DNA from: Squalus acanthias
Lineage: Eukaryota
NCBI GenBank assembly: GCA_030390025.1
Contig: CM059425.1
Location: forward strand, 260,710,001-260,774,000
DNA length: 64,000 nt
Direction: 5' to 3'
In this document: piece by piece, positions 62,519-64,000 of the stretch
How the letters are laid out: each line of letters opens with the position of its first letter
How positions within the stretch are numbered: position 1 is the first letter of the stretch
Program-made: the position numbers and the translations under genes
The notes under the pieces: model-generated
Database searches by the model: none
What the model was told of the DNA's origin: nothing
Seen by the model: only the letters and a program-made list of their open reading frames with translations

Positions 62519-63602
62519 GCTTCTGGTATATGCCTCAGTTGAGGAAGCGCTCAGTCAAGGTGGCGAGAGGGGTTTCCCAGGAGGTCACACTGGAGATGGG
62601 TGTCAGGCTCCAAACTTCCACAGCTGTGGTTATGCCATATAAAAGTTTCCCCAGACCTCAGACAACAAAGTCCTGCCAACTGCAAATGATGGCTGATCAC
62701 ATCTCCTATTTCATGGTTGAGCTGCAGCTGATAGTCAGCAATCCAAATGTGCTCCCGCCAGGTTTCACATTCGTGGTTCAGAACAGGCGTGCTTCACGTG
62801 GAAAAAGCATTAAAATCACAAAGGCCTTTCAAAATGGCATTATAGAGGCAATTTAGTGCTTGTTAAGGGCCTTAACGGCCTATCCCGCCTCTTGGAGGCG
62901 GGACGGAGTCGGGACCAGCAGACACGATTTAATGACAATTGCGTGGAGGGGGGATGGAAGCGGGCTTGTGCCCGCCCGCCAGTTTTCGCAATTTTAACCC
63001 CCCACACGCCTCCAAACCCGCCTCCACGGGTCAATGAAAATTCTGCCCAATGTGATAATGACCAGCTAATTTTTTTTAGTGATGTTGGTTGAGGGATAAA
63101 TTTTGGCCTGGACACCGGGGAGAACTCCCCTGCTCTTCTTCGAAATAGAGTCATAGGATCTTTCACTTCCACCTGAGGGGACAGTCGGGGCCTCGGTTTA
63201 ATGTCTCATCTGAAAGATGACACCCCAACAATGCAGCACTCCCTCAGCACTGCACTGGGAGTGTCAGCCTGGATTATGTGCTGAGGTCCTGGAGCAGGGC
63301 TATGAACCCACAATCGTCAGACTCAGAGGCGAGTGTGCTACCCACTGAGCCACAGCAGGAAGCAAGTTTAAATTATTGAAGAGCAGGAACAGGCTGGATA
63401 TTGGTGAGTTGCTCTTTTCCCAGAGAGTAGTGAGCCTCTGGAATGTGTTGCCAGCTGTTGTGGTGGGTGCTGACTCTCTGCGCGGCTCCAAGAGGGAGCT
63501 GGAGCGCTTCCTGACTGGGGCAGACATCGCATCTTAGGTCAGTGTCTTTCTAGATAACACTTGGCCCGTGTGATCTCCTAGACTGGTTTCCATCACCTGA
63601 AA

Positions 63603-64000
63603 ACATAAGGACATAAGAAATAGGAGCAGGAGTCGGCCATTCGGCCCCTCGAGCCTGCTCCGCCATTCAATAAGATCATGGCTGATCTTCTACCTCATCT
63701 CCACTCTTCTGCACTATCCCCATATCCCTTGATTCCCTTAATATTCAAAAATCTATCGATCTCTGTCTTGAATATACTCAACGACTAAGCCTCCACAACC
63801 CTCTGGGGTAGAGAATTCCAAAGATTCACCACCCTCTGAGTGAAGAAATTTCTCCTCATCTCAGTCCTAAATGGCCGACCCCTTATCCTGAGACTGTGAC
63901 CCCTGGTTCTAGACTCCCCAGCCAGGGGAAACATCCTCCCTGCATCTACCCTGTCAAACCCTGTAAGAATTTTGTATGTTTCAATGAGATCACCTCTCAT
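63603..64000 (-). mobile_element. CR1/HER1 3' end, runs off the window
   Basis: RGDLIETYKILTG...[16 protein letters not shown]. Confidence 0.88.

Larger units (their letters stand above)
59601..63048 (+). mobile_element. PIF/Harbinger DNA transposon, 3448 bp, transposase-deleted
   Basis: TIRs GGGCTGGATTTT / AAAATTCTGCCC; TSD AAT (59598-59600, 63049-63051); splits a DeuSINE; encodes a Myb/SANT protein. Confidence 0.88.

Overview
This is eukaryotic DNA, not prokaryotic. It is a repeat-rich cartilaginous fish (shark/ray-type) region, judged from HE1-like V-SINEs, SacSINE1-like DeuSINEs and CR1/L2 LINE debris. Most of the ORF track is LINE fragments or satellite noise. Spliced by hand, the window holds an immune-receptor cluster of three genes. 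(1) Gene P, + strand: the 3' end only. Its cytoplasmic tail is built from three paralogous 72-nt tyrosine-motif exons plus a terminal ITIM exon. (2) Gene A, - strand, about 14.1-28.7 kb: a complete Siglec-15-like gene with leader, V domain carrying the 'essential' Arg, C2, an uncharged TM core and a Tyr-containing tail with alternative reading frames. (3) Gene B, - strand, about 37.7-45.1 kb: a Siglec-15-like paralog with V-V-C2, both V domains lacking the Arg, a Lys in the TM and a short hemITAM-like tail. A and B look like an inhibitory/activating receptor pair. The window also has a 3.4-kb PIF/Harbinger element with an intact 3-exon Myb/SANT gene but only a stub where the transposase should be. 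Other content: several Harbinger-type MITEs (one inflated by a G-rich minisatellite), a Penelope-type palindrome with a minimal hammerhead ribozyme, a copy of gene A's core promoter inside its own intron 1, and several minisatellites. All gene models are manual predictions without transcript evidence.
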